Positions 8,719 through 18,227 of a DNA stretch of 64,000 bases are shown here, piece by piece. Both the position numbers and the translations under genes were made by a program. The notes under the pieces were generated by a model. The model saw nothing but the letters and a program-made list of their open reading frames with translations. It searched no databases and was not told where the DNA came from. Origin of the DNA: a bacterium (lineage in GTDB: Bacteria; Vulcanimicrobiota; JABDET01); assembly GCA_021817145.1 (NCBI GenBank), contig JAKAVV010000013.1, positions 3,141-67,140 of the forward strand, in the 5' to 3' direction. Within the stretch, counting starts at the first letter, position 1; each line of letters opens with the position of its first letter.

Positions 8719-9456
8719 ATGATCCATCCTGTTACGTTTGCTAAGCACCCCTTTAAAGGGGAAACTCCAAAACAAGTGGCTGACACTTTAAAGGCGCGTT
8801 CAGCTCTTGCAGGACTCATTCAACCAGCTCTTGGAGCAGCCGCTGGATTAACTCTTGACACTTCATCATTTATAAAAACATTAGATACAATTGGGCATGG
8901 AATAACAGGATTAAATTTCTCGGAGCTGGCTCACGGAGCTGATGAGATGTCTCATGTCTGGTTTCATTCACCTGGAGCAGATGGACTGATCGTGCACAGC
9001 GGTATGGAGGCATTTGTTGGATTAGGGATTGCGGTTGGAGCATCCGAAATATGGGCAGGAGTAAAAACCCACCAACGCTCTTATATACAAATGGGAGTTC
9101 TTGACCTCATTGGCTGCTCTTCCACACCCCTTATTCTAGCCGGGCTTGGAACTCCTGGCATAGGAGTCGCCATTGGAGTTGCAGCAGCTGGGTGTCTGCT
9201 TGCTTTTAAAAATAAAATGTCCACGATCCAAAAAGCGAATTCAGTGTTTAATACAATAAGTAGTTGGACAGGAGCTGCTGTACTGGCAGGCATTCTTGTT
9301 CTCCCTGCTTCAATGACTGCTGGTGCAGTACAAGCAGTCAAACTGATCTTCCTAAACAGCTCTGCAGCAAGAAAAAAGTTCTCAAAACTCAAAAGCAAGC
9401 TCGCTTCTTCACACACTGCTCCCGCTGCCGCGCAGCCCGAAAAATCAGGCGAATAA
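8719..9456 (+). CDS. Orphan Gly/Ala-rich membrane-associating protein
   Basis: 245-aa ORF with several glycine-zipper-like hydrophobic helices and no Sec signal. Confidence 0.6.
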   Translation: MIHPVTFAKHPFKGETPKQVADTLKARSALAGLIQPALGAAAGLTLDTSSFIKTLDTIGHGITGLNFSELAHGADEMSHVWFHSPGADGLIVHSGMEAFVGLGIAVGASEIWAGVKTHQRSYIQMGVLDLIGCSSTPLILAGLGTPGIGVAIGVAAAGCLLAFKNKMSTIQKANSVFNTISSWTGAAVLAGILVLPASMTAGAVQAVKLIFLNSSAARKKFSKLKSKLASSHTAPAAAQPEKSGE

Positions 9457-9506
9457 GCAGAATAATTCCCTTTAGCTTTTTCAATCACTACAAGAAAACG
9501 ATTCAT
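9400..9506 (-). pseudogene. hicB: HicB-family antitoxin N-terminal remnant
   Basis: AAGGAGGG RBS, then MNRFLVVIEKAKGNYSAYSPDFSGCAAAGAVCEEA, which matches the HicB pattern (YSAYxPDLPGCxAxGxTxEEA); similarity is lost after ~35 codons. Confidence 0.7.
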
Positions 9507-9558
9507 ACTTTCCCTCCTTTAACCCAGTATTTTTGAATACTCGAATGGATATATCCTG

Positions 9559-11703
9559 TTACACCTTTGTCAGGCTGACCTGTCCAACGGACTGAATGTT
9601 AAACCTGGGAGCGATCTCATTGTAAGACAAAGCCACCAATCCAGGGAATGCCCGCTCAGTCAATCGTTTAATAAACTGCCTGACAGTGGCATTGCAGAGC
9701 ACAATGGGCTGGAGCCCTTTTTCGCTTAATTTTTTGATTTGATCTCCAATCGCTTTTAAAATCTCCTGTCCCATCTGCGGATCCAGGGCAAGGAACGATC
9801 CAAACTCTGTTCTCTGCACAGACTGCATGATAATCTGTTCAATTTCAGGATCCAGGGTGAACACATTGATAACTCCTTCATTGTTTGCGTAATCTCTGCA
9901 GATCACCCGTGAAAGAGCCTGGCGCACATACTCAGTCAGCATATCCGGATCTTTTGTGACATGAATATAATCCGCAAGGGTTTCTAAAATTGTAACGAGA
10001 TCCCGAATACTCACTCTTTCTTTAATTAAATTCTGCAGAATTTTCTGCACCTCTGCCAGTGATACTGCTTCAGGAACAACATCTTTCACAACAGCGGGAT
10101 GGGTTTTTTTGACGGTTTCGATCAAGCCTTGAGTTTCCTGTCTTCCTAAAAGTTCTGATCCATGGGTTCGAACGATTTCTGTAATTTGAGTGGCGACAAC
10201 ACTGACAGGATCAAAAATCATGCAGCCTAATCTTTCTGCTTCTCTCCTTTCTTCCGGTGGAATCCACATTCCCGGCATTCCATAAGTGGGATCCGTTGTT
10301 TTTGTTCCTTTTAAATTTTTTAACTGGTGTTCAGGTCCAATCGCTAAAAACTGTCCCATGACCACTTCTCCTCTTGCCACTTCCACATCCTTTATTTTAA
10401 TCACATACGCGCTCGGCTTCAGCTGCAGATTATCTCTAAATCTCACTCCTGGCACAATAATCCCCATTTCCATGGCAATATGTTTTCTCACAGAACCAAC
10501 CCGTTCCAGAAGTTTTGCTCCTTCATTGGGATCCACAAGGGGGAGCAGGGAGCGTCCTACTTCAACACTAATGGGATCCACCTGCATAAAGGTAACCACG
10601 CTCTCAGGTCTTTTTGTGGCTTCTTCAGCAGCTTTCTTTTCCTGCTGTTGAACAACCACCTGTTCCTGAACAGTCTGGCGAGAAAGAAAATAACCAAGTC
10701 CTGCCATAAAGATGCTGATCAGCAAAAATGGTTCCCAGGGAAGAGGAAGAATTCCCACCAGTGAAAGAAGAGCAAGAATTCCAGAAACCCCTCCTGCCAC
10801 CATTAAAGCAGTTGGCTGCTGGGTAATCTGCCCAATAACATCCGACCCTAAATTAGCATCTGAAGCAGCTCTTGTTACAACCATGCCCATGCTGGATGAC
10901 ATTAAAAAAGCGGGAATGGTTGTGGAAAGCCCGTTCCCAATCACCAGAAGAACATAAACTTTTAACGCATCTGCTGCTGACATCCCATGCTGGAGCATTC
11001 CCACAATCAATCCCCCGACAATTCCAACCACCATGACAACAATAGCCATCATGGCATCCCCTTTAATAAACTTTCCTGCTCCATCCATGGCTCCATAAAA
11101 ATCAGCTTCTCTTTCAATATCGCTTCTTTTTTTGCGGGCTGTATCGGGATCAATGAGTCCTGAATGCAAATCCGCGTCAATTGCCATCTGTTTCCCTGGC
11201 ATGGCATCCAGAGTAAACCGAGCGGCTACCTGAGCAATTCTTTCAGCTCCTTGAGTGATCACGATAAACTGAGCTGCAATCAGCAAGATAAAAATAATCA
11301 AACCTGTCACAACATTCCCATGAACCATCAAATTAGCGATTCCAGGGATCACATTTCCAACACTTCCTTTCGCTCCTGGAACTGGAAACCCGACATGACC
11401 GGGAGTTCTACTGGTTAAATTCCCATTAATAAGAATTAAGCGAGCAGCAGAAATATCCAGGGCAAGCCTGAAAAGAGTAGCCACTAAAAGAATAGAAGGG
11501 AAAACCGCAAATTCAAGAGGATCTCGAATATAAATGCTGACAATCAGGGTTAAAATCCCCCAGGCAATATTCAAAACCAAAAGGAAATCCAAAATAGCAG
11601 GAGGAAGGGGAACAATCAACATAAAAACAATAACGCATAAAACTATGGCTGCAATAATATTCGAATTGCTGATGATTTTCCCGAGGAGAGAGTCCTGGCT
11701 CAT
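9559..11703 (-). CDS. flhA: Flagellar/type III export gate protein FlhA
   Basis: FPSILLVATLFRLAL, ARFTLDAMPGKQMAIDADL, FYGAMDGAGKFIKGDA and LSYNEI. Confidence 0.97.
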   Translation of the reverse strand: MSQDSLLGKIISNSNIIAAIVLCVIVFMLIVPLPPAILDFLLVLNIAWGILTLIVSIYIRDPLEFAVFPSILLVATLFRLALDISAARLILINGNLTSRTPGHVGFPVPGAKGSVGNVIPGIANLMVHGNVVTGLIIFILLIAAQFIVITQGAERIAQVAARFTLDAMPGKQMAIDADLHSGLIDPDTARKKRSDIEREADFYGAMDGAGKFIKGDAMMAIVVMVVGIVGGLIVGMLQHGMSAADALKVYVLLVIGNGLSTTIPAFLMSSSMGMVVTRAASDANLGSDVIGQITQQPTALMVAGGVSGILALLSLVGILPLPWEPFLLISIFMAGLGYFLSRQTVQEQVVVQQQEKKAAEEATKRPESVVTFMQVDPISVEVGRSLLPLVDPNEGAKLLERVGSVRKHIAMEMGIIVPGVRFRDNLQLKPSAYVIKIKDVEVARGEVVMGQFLAIGPEHQLKNLKGTKTTDPTYGMPGMWIPPEERREAERLGCMIFDPVSVVATQITEIVRTHGSELLGRQETQGLIETVKKTHPAVVKDVVPEAVSLAEVQKILQNLIKERVSIRDLVTILETLADYIHVTKDPDMLTEYVRQALSRVICRDYANNEGVINVFTLDPEIEQIIMQSVQRTEFGSFLALDPQMGQEILKAIGDQIKKLSEKGLQPIVLCNATVRQFIKRLTERAFPGLVALSYNEIAPRFNIQSVGQVSLTKV

Positions 11704-12849
11704 TTATTCCCTCCTCCTCGATCTTGAAGTTTGCGGCATCTGAGGTTCCTCTCTCATCCTTAAAATACTCCGTCTTTTAGCCATCTCTCTTTTTCTTTTT
11801 AATCGAAACACAAAAGCTAAAACTTCAGCAACCGCTTTGTAAAGCTCTCCTGGAATCGTCTGTCCTATCTTGCAGGCTTCAAACAAAGCCCTTGCCAGTC
11901 CAATATTTTCGATAATCGGAACTTCATTTTTTTCCGCGATTTCTCGAATCATTTCAGCGATCAATCTCTCCCCTTTTGCCAGAACAACAGGAGCATCCAT
12001 TTTCCCCTGCTCGTATTGAATAGCAATGGCAAGATGGGTGGGGTTTGTAATCACAGCGCTGGCATTCGGAACCTGCTGCATCATGGACTGTTCCACCATT
12101 TGTCTCTGCATCTGACGCATTTTAGCTTTAACATGAGGGTCCCCTTCTGTGTCTTTAAACTCATCTTTTAACTCTTTAATGGACATTTTCATTTCCATCA
12201 TGAACAATTTCTTTTGAATTAAATAGTCAATAATGGCTAAAACCAGATAAGCTGCTGTCACATACCAGATTAATTTAAACATCAGGCTCAATCCAAAGGA
12301 AAGGATATTTCTAAGATTCCAGGCAACTAAATTTTTAAAAGTCCCCATTGAATTAGAAATAACTTTATAAGCCACAGTTCCAATAACTGCCACTTTAATC
12401 ATCTGTTTAATGAACTCAAACAAGGATTTCTTGGAAAAAATCTTTTTAAATCCCTCGATAGGACTGATCTTCTGCAAGCTGGGGGTCAGAGGAGCGGCAG
12501 AGAAAAAAAATCCAATTTGAGCGATATTCAGCAGAAGCGCGGTCAGAAATGCTACAGCAAGAACAGGAATCACCAGTTTTGCCGCAACCATCAAAACGTT
12601 CAAAATAATTCTGTGAACATCCCCTTCCCTAAAGGAAAGATTAGGGATCTGACCATACAGGTTATGGGTAAAAGACAGGAGATTCCGAATTCCCCATTCA
12701 CCAGCCCATGCCAATGCCAGCATCATCGCTGCAAATTGGAGGGCTGAAATGATCTCCATGCTTTTAAAAACCTGCCCCTTTTTCTTAGCTTCCTGCAGCT
12801 TATGCTCTGTTGGTTCTTCGGTTTTTTCTCCTTGTCCATCATCCGGCAT
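11704..12849 (-). CDS. flhB: Export switch protein FlhB
   Basis: EKTEEPTEHKL, EGDPHVK and an intact NPTH autocleavage motif. Confidence 0.96.
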   Translation of the reverse strand: MPDDGQGEKTEEPTEHKLQEAKKKGQVFKSMEIISALQFAAMMLALAWAGEWGIRNLLSFTHNLYGQIPNLSFREGDVHRIILNVLMVAAKLVIPVLAVAFLTALLLNIAQIGFFFSAAPLTPSLQKISPIEGFKKIFSKKSLFEFIKQMIKVAVIGTVAYKVISNSMGTFKNLVAWNLRNILSFGLSLMFKLIWYVTAAYLVLAIIDYLIQKKLFMMEMKMSIKELKDEFKDTEGDPHVKAKMRQMQRQMVEQSMMQQVPNASAVITNPTHLAIAIQYEQGKMDAPVVLAKGERLIAEMIREIAEKNEVPIIENIGLARALFEACKIGQTIPGELYKAVAEVLAFVFRLKRKREMAKRRSILRMREEPQMPQTSRSRRRE

Positions 12850-12855
12850 AATCGC

Positions 12856-13659
12856 TCACCTCTTTTGCAGATCCAAAATTAAAGAAGCCATATCCCCGTT
12901 CAGGCGGTGCCAAAAATGGGGAATAGCCAGATAAAACATGGGAACAATGCTTAAAAGCAGAAGAGAAAGCCCAACCAGAATATTTAAGGGGAACGAGATC
13001 ATAAACACATTAAACTGCTGAGCCGCTCGATTTAAAAGCCCAAGGGCTATTTGAGTAATAAAAAGAGCCACTAAAACAGGGGCGCTGATTTCAAGAGCCA
13101 TGCTGAAAATTCCGCCGCTTGCCTGAATCAGTTTGGTCAAGGCTGCCCCATTAATCGAAAAACTGGTTACAGGGATCAATTGGTAGCTTCTTTTAATCGC
13201 TTTAAAAAAATAGAAATAACCTCGAATAAAAAGCCAGGACAAAATCCCCAATTTTTGTTCAAAAGATGCGATCAAATTGATCGGCTGTCCTGTTGATGGA
13301 TTAACCATTGCAGCAATGGAAAGACCCATTTGAATATCGCACAACTCCCCTGCAAATTGAACTCCAGCAACCACGAGATAAGAGGTAAATCCAATGGTCA
13401 AGCCAATGACAGTCTGGCCAGCGGCATCAATCGCTGTTTCCATAAGACCGGTAGGAAGATGAGCAGGGAGAGGAAGAGTGCGAAAAATAAGAAAAGAGAT
13501 TCCAAGTCCATAAGCGATCTGAGCTGTCATAGGGATCCCTTGAGGTCTTCCAAAAAGAGGAGCCTGCACAAAAACCCCCATCAATCTTGCAAAGATTAAA
13601 ATAAAAAAAACAAAAGATTCAAACCCCAAATTGATAGGACTCATGTTAGGGCCCTCCAT
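12856..13659 (-). CDS. fliR: Export gate protein FliR
   Basis: Multi-pass membrane protein with AGELCDIQMGLS and QFNVFMISFPL; lies between fliQ and flhB. Confidence 0.92.
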   Translation of the reverse strand: MEGPNMSPINLGFESFVFFILIFARLMGVFVQAPLFGRPQGIPMTAQIAYGLGISFLIFRTLPLPAHLPTGLMETAIDAAGQTVIGLTIGFTSYLVVAGVQFAGELCDIQMGLSIAAMVNPSTGQPINLIASFEQKLGILSWLFIRGYFYFFKAIKRSYQLIPVTSFSINGAALTKLIQASGGIFSMALEISAPVLVALFITQIALGLLNRAAQQFNVFMISFPLNILVGLSLLLLSIVPMFYLAIPHFWHRLNGDMASLILDLQKR

Positions 13660-13927
13660 TACTGGTTAAACGAGGAATCGCTTTAAAAAGCTCCACTGCA
13701 AATCTTCCGATCGTTGAACCTATCCATGGTCCTGCCAGCATGGCTGCAATAAAAGTAACCACAATTTTAGGAACAAAGCTTAACGTTTGCTCTTGAATCT
13801 GAGTGGTTGCCTGAATAATGCTGATAATAAGCCCTACTACCAGAGCAGAAATAAGCATGGGAGCAGATACCAGAAGGATCAGATAAAGAGCCTGGGTGCA
13901 GATTCCTAAAATATATGTTTCATTCAT
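13646..13927 (-). CDS. fliQ: Export gate protein FliQ
   Basis: QATTQIQEQTLSFVPK. Confidence 0.96.
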   Translation of the reverse strand: MNETYILGICTQALYLILLVSAPMLISALVVGLIISIIQATTQIQEQTLSFVPKIVVTFIAAMLAGPWIGSTIGRFAVELFKAIPRLTSNGGP

Positions 13928-13947
13928 TGTCTGTCCTTCCTAAAACT

Positions 13948-14691
13948 TCAATGAACATGAAAACTAACGATCAAACCTTTAATAATAAGCTCCCATCCAT
14001 CCACCATCACAAAAAGAAGAAGTTTAAAAGGGAGGGAGATAGACATAGGAGAAAGCATGAACATTCCCATGCTCATCAGAACACTTGCCACAACCATGTC
14101 AATAATTAAAAACGGAATATAAATTAAAAAACCAATTTCAAATCCAATCTTAACCTCGCTGACCATGAACGCTGGAGTCAAAATATAAAGGGGGGTGTCT
14201 AAAAGATTTTTCGGAGGCTGAGCATGCGCCAAATCGAAAAAAAGCTCTAAATCCGGCTTTTGAACCTGTCTTAACATAAATTTTTTAATGGGAGTCGCTG
14301 CCCTGGCAAAAGCGACAGATTGATTGATTTTCCCTTGAGAAAGAGGGCGAATCGCTTGATTATTGATCTGAATCGCAATCGGAGACATAACATAAAAAGT
14401 AATAAATAAAGCAAGCCCCATCAAAACCTGTGTTGGGGGGACCTGCTGGGTTCCAAGAGCAGAACGAACAAAAGACAAAACAATCAGAGTTCTCACAAAA
14501 CTGGTCATCATCATTAAAAGATAAGGAGCCAGAGTTAAAACACTTAAAAGAAGTAAAATTTGAATTGGCAGAACTAGACCTGAAGGCTTGACAGCCTTTG
14601 AACCAATACTGATCTTGGGGAAGACAATCATTGGCATGGCAGCAGCGTGAATCGGTATCATTCCTGAGATTCCTTTCTGTTCTTTTTCCAT
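13948..14691 (-). CDS. fliP: Export gate protein FliP
   Basis: MTSFVR, ALGTQQVPP, PAFMVSE and ISLPFKLLLFVMVDGW. Confidence 0.96.
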   Translation of the reverse strand: MEKEQKGISGMIPIHAAAMPMIVFPKISIGSKAVKPSGLVLPIQILLLLSVLTLAPYLLMMMTSFVRTLIVLSFVRSALGTQQVPPTQVLMGLALFITFYVMSPIAIQINNQAIRPLSQGKINQSVAFARAATPIKKFMLRQVQKPDLELFFDLAHAQPPKNLLDTPLYILTPAFMVSEVKIGFEIGFLIYIPFLIIDMVVASVLMSMGMFMLSPMSISLPFKLLLFVMVDGWELIIKGLIVSFHVH

Positions 14692-15113
14692 CGTTTGCTT
14701 AAAGTATTCAAATATCCCGTAAAAGAAGCAGGAGTATCATGATTTTGTTCCATCCATCCCATTTCTTTTGCTGCTGCTGCTTCATCTAATTGGGTTAAAA
14801 AACTAATATTCTGGTCAGTAACCCCGAGCAGGTAAAATTTCCCCAGCACTTCTATAACTAAAATATAACGTTGAGGAGAAAGAGGGAATCGGTCCACGAC
14901 TTTAATAAGCTGTTTTCCCAATCCCAAGCGATTCAACACATTTTTCCCATACAAAAATTTAATAGTTAAATAAGCGCCTACACAAACGAGAAAAAGAACT
15001 CCTACTCCATAAGCAAGAGAAGAAATTCCTGGAAGGAAATTTTGATTTGAAAAATGCGCGGCATGTTTTGAAAGGGGATGATGAGCTGCAAGAGACAAGA
15101 GCATTGGGGTCAT
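14658..15113 (-). CDS. fliO: FliO (FliZ in Bacillus) export chaperone
   Basis: Single TM segment followed by IKVVDRFPLSPQRYILVIEV..KFYLLGVTDQNISFL; lies between fliN and fliP. Confidence 0.85.
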   Translation of the reverse strand: MTPMLLSLAAHHPLSKHAAHFSNQNFLPGISSLAYGVGVLFLVCVGAYLTIKFLYGKNVLNRLGLGKQLIKVVDRFPLSPQRYILVIEVLGKFYLLGVTDQNISFLTQLDEAAAAKEMGWMEQNHDTPASFTGYLNTLSKRWKKNRKESQE

Positions 15114-15445
15114 TTTCCTGGCACCTCTGTTATTCTAACACCATAACTCTCATCAATAGCCACAACCTCCCCTTTTGCAATACTTTTCCCATTAACTAAA
15201 ATATCCACAGGTTCTCCTGTCGCTTTTTCAAGTTCTATAACAGAACCAACTCCTAATTTTAAAATGTCTTTTACCAGCATTCTGGTTCTTCCCAGTTCTG
15301 CGGTCACAATAAGTGGAACATCTTTTAACAAATCAATGCTAGCTCCCGCGCCGGATGACTGAACCCCTGATTCCAGGTGGCTGAACTGAAGCGGGCGCAC
15401 AGTTTGTTCTGTTTCTTCTTTTCCATTACTCATCGAAACTTTCAT
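15110..15445 (-). CDS. fliN: C-ring protein FliN (SpoA domain only)
   Basis: LLKDVPLIVTAELGRT...GSVIEL...GEVV...YGVRITE. Confidence 0.93.
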   Translation of the reverse strand: MKVSMSNGKEETEQTVRPLQFSHLESGVQSSGAGASIDLLKDVPLIVTAELGRTRMLVKDILKLGVGSVIELEKATGEPVDILVNGKSIAKGEVVAIDESYGVRITEVPGK

Positions 15446-16382
15446 CCCCTTCTTGAACGACGTGTGTGATCTGAATCGCTAATTTATTTTCAGTGGATCC
15501 TGGCTTTCCTAAAAACTTAGTTTTGCCTGCAACTTTAATTTTCAATGGCTCCTCTCTCCGCGAGATAAGGCGCAGCATATCCCCTTCTTCTAAATTGAGA
15601 AGATCTTGAAAAAGGACTTCAGCCTCTCCGAGTTCCACCACAACAGGAACAAAAGCGGATTCGATCTTTTTCCCTACCACAGGGGCAAGAGAAGAAGCCG
15701 CAGCCCCTTGAGTTCTCCGAATGATGGTTTGAGTGAGCATTTCTTCTGGATTTTTAGGGATGATTTCCCGTATCTGCCGAAAAGGAAAAGCCACTTGGAA
15801 AAGGCTGGTCATCCCGCTGATCCTTAAAACAAAGCGGGCTGAAACCATATTTTCTCGAAATGGAAAAACAACCGGGTAATTCGGCGAAAACTCGATCTGC
15901 TCAATCACAGGAGAAAAAGGGGTGATATCTTTCCATGCTTCTTGATAAGCGAGAAGAAACTGATTTAAAACATGCTTTTCTAAAAGAGCTTTTTCAATTT
16001 CCGTAAATTCCCTCAGTTCTTCCGGAATTTCTCCTTTCCCCCCCATCATGCAGTCCAGAGCAAAAAAAGGCAGAGGGCCTGAGAGCACCCATAATCCTCT
16101 TATTTTATCATTCAAACGAAAAGTCACAAAAGCGGTTGGATCTAAAAACTGATCTAAAAACTCTTTGAAAGAGATCTGCTCGGTATCCTGCAGCTCCGCA
16201 ATTCCTCTCATTTGGAGAGCAGGAGTCAGATGAGGGGGGAGGAATTCAGCGAACTGAGTAAAGATGCGAGTCAAAAACCTCTTTTGTTCTGAAGTAAGAG
16301 ATTCGGACTGCCAATCAACTCTTGACACCTGTGCTGCCAGCGGCTTTTTAAAAGAATACGTTTTCCCCTCTTCTTTTCCCAT
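15426..16382 (-). CDS. fliM: Divergent C-ring protein FliM
   Basis: MMGGKG motif, REFTEIE and a C-terminal SpoA domain. Start placed at ATG 16382; the ORF extends to 16436. Confidence 0.8.
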   Translation of the reverse strand: MGKEEGKTYSFKKPLAAQVSRVDWQSESLTSEQKRFLTRIFTQFAEFLPPHLTPALQMRGIAELQDTEQISFKEFLDQFLDPTAFVTFRLNDKIRGLWVLSGPLPFFALDCMMGGKGEIPEELREFTEIEKALLEKHVLNQFLLAYQEAWKDITPFSPVIEQIEFSPNYPVVFPFRENMVSARFVLRISGMTSLFQVAFPFRQIREIIPKNPEEMLTQTIIRRTQGAAASSLAPVVGKKIESAFVPVVVELGEAEVLFQDLLNLEEGDMLRLISRREEPLKIKVAGKTKFLGKPGSTENKLAIQITHVVQEGDESFDE

Positions 16383-16488
16383 CACCTCTTTCACCTTCCA
16401 TGCCTGAGATAAATTTCCTGGTCTCCTCATCAACATACATTACCCGCATTTCATGCTTAAATGCGGGTTGGGGGAATGGGAGCAAAAT

Positions 16489-17340
16489 TTACTTCACCAT
16501 GTTCGTCGCTGTTTGTGTCATTTGATTCATATTGTTGAAAACAGCGAACTCGGCGTTATAAGCCATTTTTGCAAGAATAACCTGCTGCACCATGGTTGGA
16601 ATATCCACATTGGACATTTCAAGGCTGTGAGTGCTTACACTGGCTGAAATAGGACCCTCTCCTGAAACTCCATCATGAGGCTGTCCAGAAGCGCTGGTCG
16701 CTTCAAAAGAGGTTGTGCCAACCTGTTTAAGCCCATCGGGATCCGCAAATTTAGCCAGTCCTACCTGAAAAAGAGGAACTGTTTTTGTGACTGCTTGATG
16801 TGTCATTGGATCACTGATTTTAATTTCACCATACAGCTTGCCTCCTGCTCCAAATTTAAACCCGGAATACATTCCCCCATACAGTTTAGTATTGGGATCA
16901 TAAGGAAGTTCTATGGTTTGGAGCTTCTTGGATTTTGGCTGTCCATTCCCATTTAAAGCATATCCCTGGACTTGAAGTCCTGAAAAGGGATCTATGAGCT
17001 TCCCATTCTTAAACTCAAAATGCCCGGCTCTGGTATATCTTGTATGTGTTCCATCAGAAAGCACGAAAAAAGTCGAACAAGGAGTCCCGGGTTCTCCGCC
17101 ATCAATCGCTAAATCATAAGCCCCTCCTGTTTTTTCTATTTTCCCTTGAGTAAAGGTAGAGGTATTGGTATGAGTATAAGCTCCAAGTCCCATCCCATTA
17201 TTCATAACCTCCTGAAAAGTCATGTTTTGCGCTTTAAAACCCGGCGTGGTAAAATTCTGAAGATCGGAAAACATGAGATTGATCTGCGAAAATTGATTCC
17301 CCGCCGCATTAAAAGTTTTATAAAAATCAAAACCAGACAT
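16489..17340 (-). CDS. Short, divergent FlgE/F/G-family hook or rod protein
   Basis: NFTTPGFK, FTQG, DLAIDG, YTRAGHF, GLQVQGY and LEMSNVD; occupies the flgE position of the fla operon. Confidence 0.85.
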   Translation of the reverse strand: MSGFDFYKTFNAAGNQFSQINLMFSDLQNFTTPGFKAQNMTFQEVMNNGMGLGAYTHTNTSTFTQGKIEKTGGAYDLAIDGGEPGTPCSTFFVLSDGTHTRYTRAGHFEFKNGKLIDPFSGLQVQGYALNGNGQPKSKKLQTIELPYDPNTKLYGGMYSGFKFGAGGKLYGEIKISDPMTHQAVTKTVPLFQVGLAKFADPDGLKQVGTTSFEATSASGQPHDGVSGEGPISASVSTHSLEMSNVDIPTMVQQVILAKMAYNAEFAVFNNMNQMTQTATNMVK

Positions 17341-17352
17341 AGTTTATCCTCC

Positions 17353-18216
17353 TTACGAATTTTTTTGAACTTCTAATTCTTCTACCTGAAGCCCCTGGCT
17401 GGAAAAAGCTTTTGCCAGATCTCCTAAATGAGCCTCTAAAATCTTCCGAACGCTTTTTTCAGAAGCTTTAAATTGCGCAGAGACCTTGCTGCCGCTGATA
17501 GTGAGAGCCAGATGAATTTCTCCTAACTCTTTAGGATTTAAGATCAATCTGGCTTCTGTCCCAGTTTTTACTCTTCTTAAAGAAATCTGTTTTAAAATCT
17601 GTTTAATGACCTCAGATTCTTTCACCCCTTCCTGACTGTCAAGTTTTTGAAGAGAAGTGTTTAAGTTAGAGAAAGCGGTTTCAGAACTTTTAACCGAAGA
17701 TGTGTTTTCATTTGCCATCATCTCTCTTGCCAATTGATCCAGAAAACTGCTTAACTGTCTTCTTGTGTTTAATCGTGTCATTTGAGTAAAATGATCGTAA
17801 GAAAAATCTTGAAGATTCAATCCTCTTGAAGTAAGCATCTTTTGAAATTCCTGCCATGAAGTCTGCCCTTCATGAACTCCATATAATTCTCTGTCACCCA
17901 TGCTCCAGGTAGCTGGATCATGATAAACCAGATCATAAAGATAATGATAAAGAGGAGAAATCTCACTCCTCTGCGTTCCTGAAAGTTTTTGCGATAGAGC
18001 TTTTTTGGCGGTTTCGCGTTTTTCTTTATCATGGGTCGTATTCTTTGATTTAGGGTGAGGATGAGCGTCTTTTTCTTGAAGTTTGTCAGACTCTGTCTTT
18101 TCTTTCAAAATATCCGAAAAAGATTTCGTCTCTTTGGAAGGACGCTGAATCACCCCTTTTTTTTCAAGGGTCGCTGTTTGCTTTTCTTGGCCCAATTGAC
18201 CAATGGTCTGGTTCAT
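17353..18216 (-). CDS. fliK: FliK-like hook-length control (ruler) protein
   Basis: C-terminal Flg_hook domain, LILNPKELGEIHL...L..AF..QGL. Confidence 0.8.
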   Translation of the reverse strand: MNQTIGQLGQEKQTATLEKKGVIQRPSKETKSFSDILKEKTESDKLQEKDAHPHPKSKNTTHDKEKRETAKKALSQKLSGTQRSEISPLYHYLYDLVYHDPATWSMGDRELYGVHEGQTSWQEFQKMLTSRGLNLQDFSYDHFTQMTRLNTRRQLSSFLDQLAREMMANENTSSVKSSETAFSNLNTSLQKLDSQEGVKESEVIKQILKQISLRRVKTGTEARLILNPKELGEIHLALTISGSKVSAQFKASEKSVRKILEAHLGDLAKAFSSQGLQVEELEVQKNS

Positions 18217-18227
18217 TTTTATCTCTC

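Noticed and set aside
9081-9506. Intact 141-aa HicB gene
   Set aside because: Only the first ~35 codons resemble HicB; the rest is the antisense of the 8719..9456 gene.
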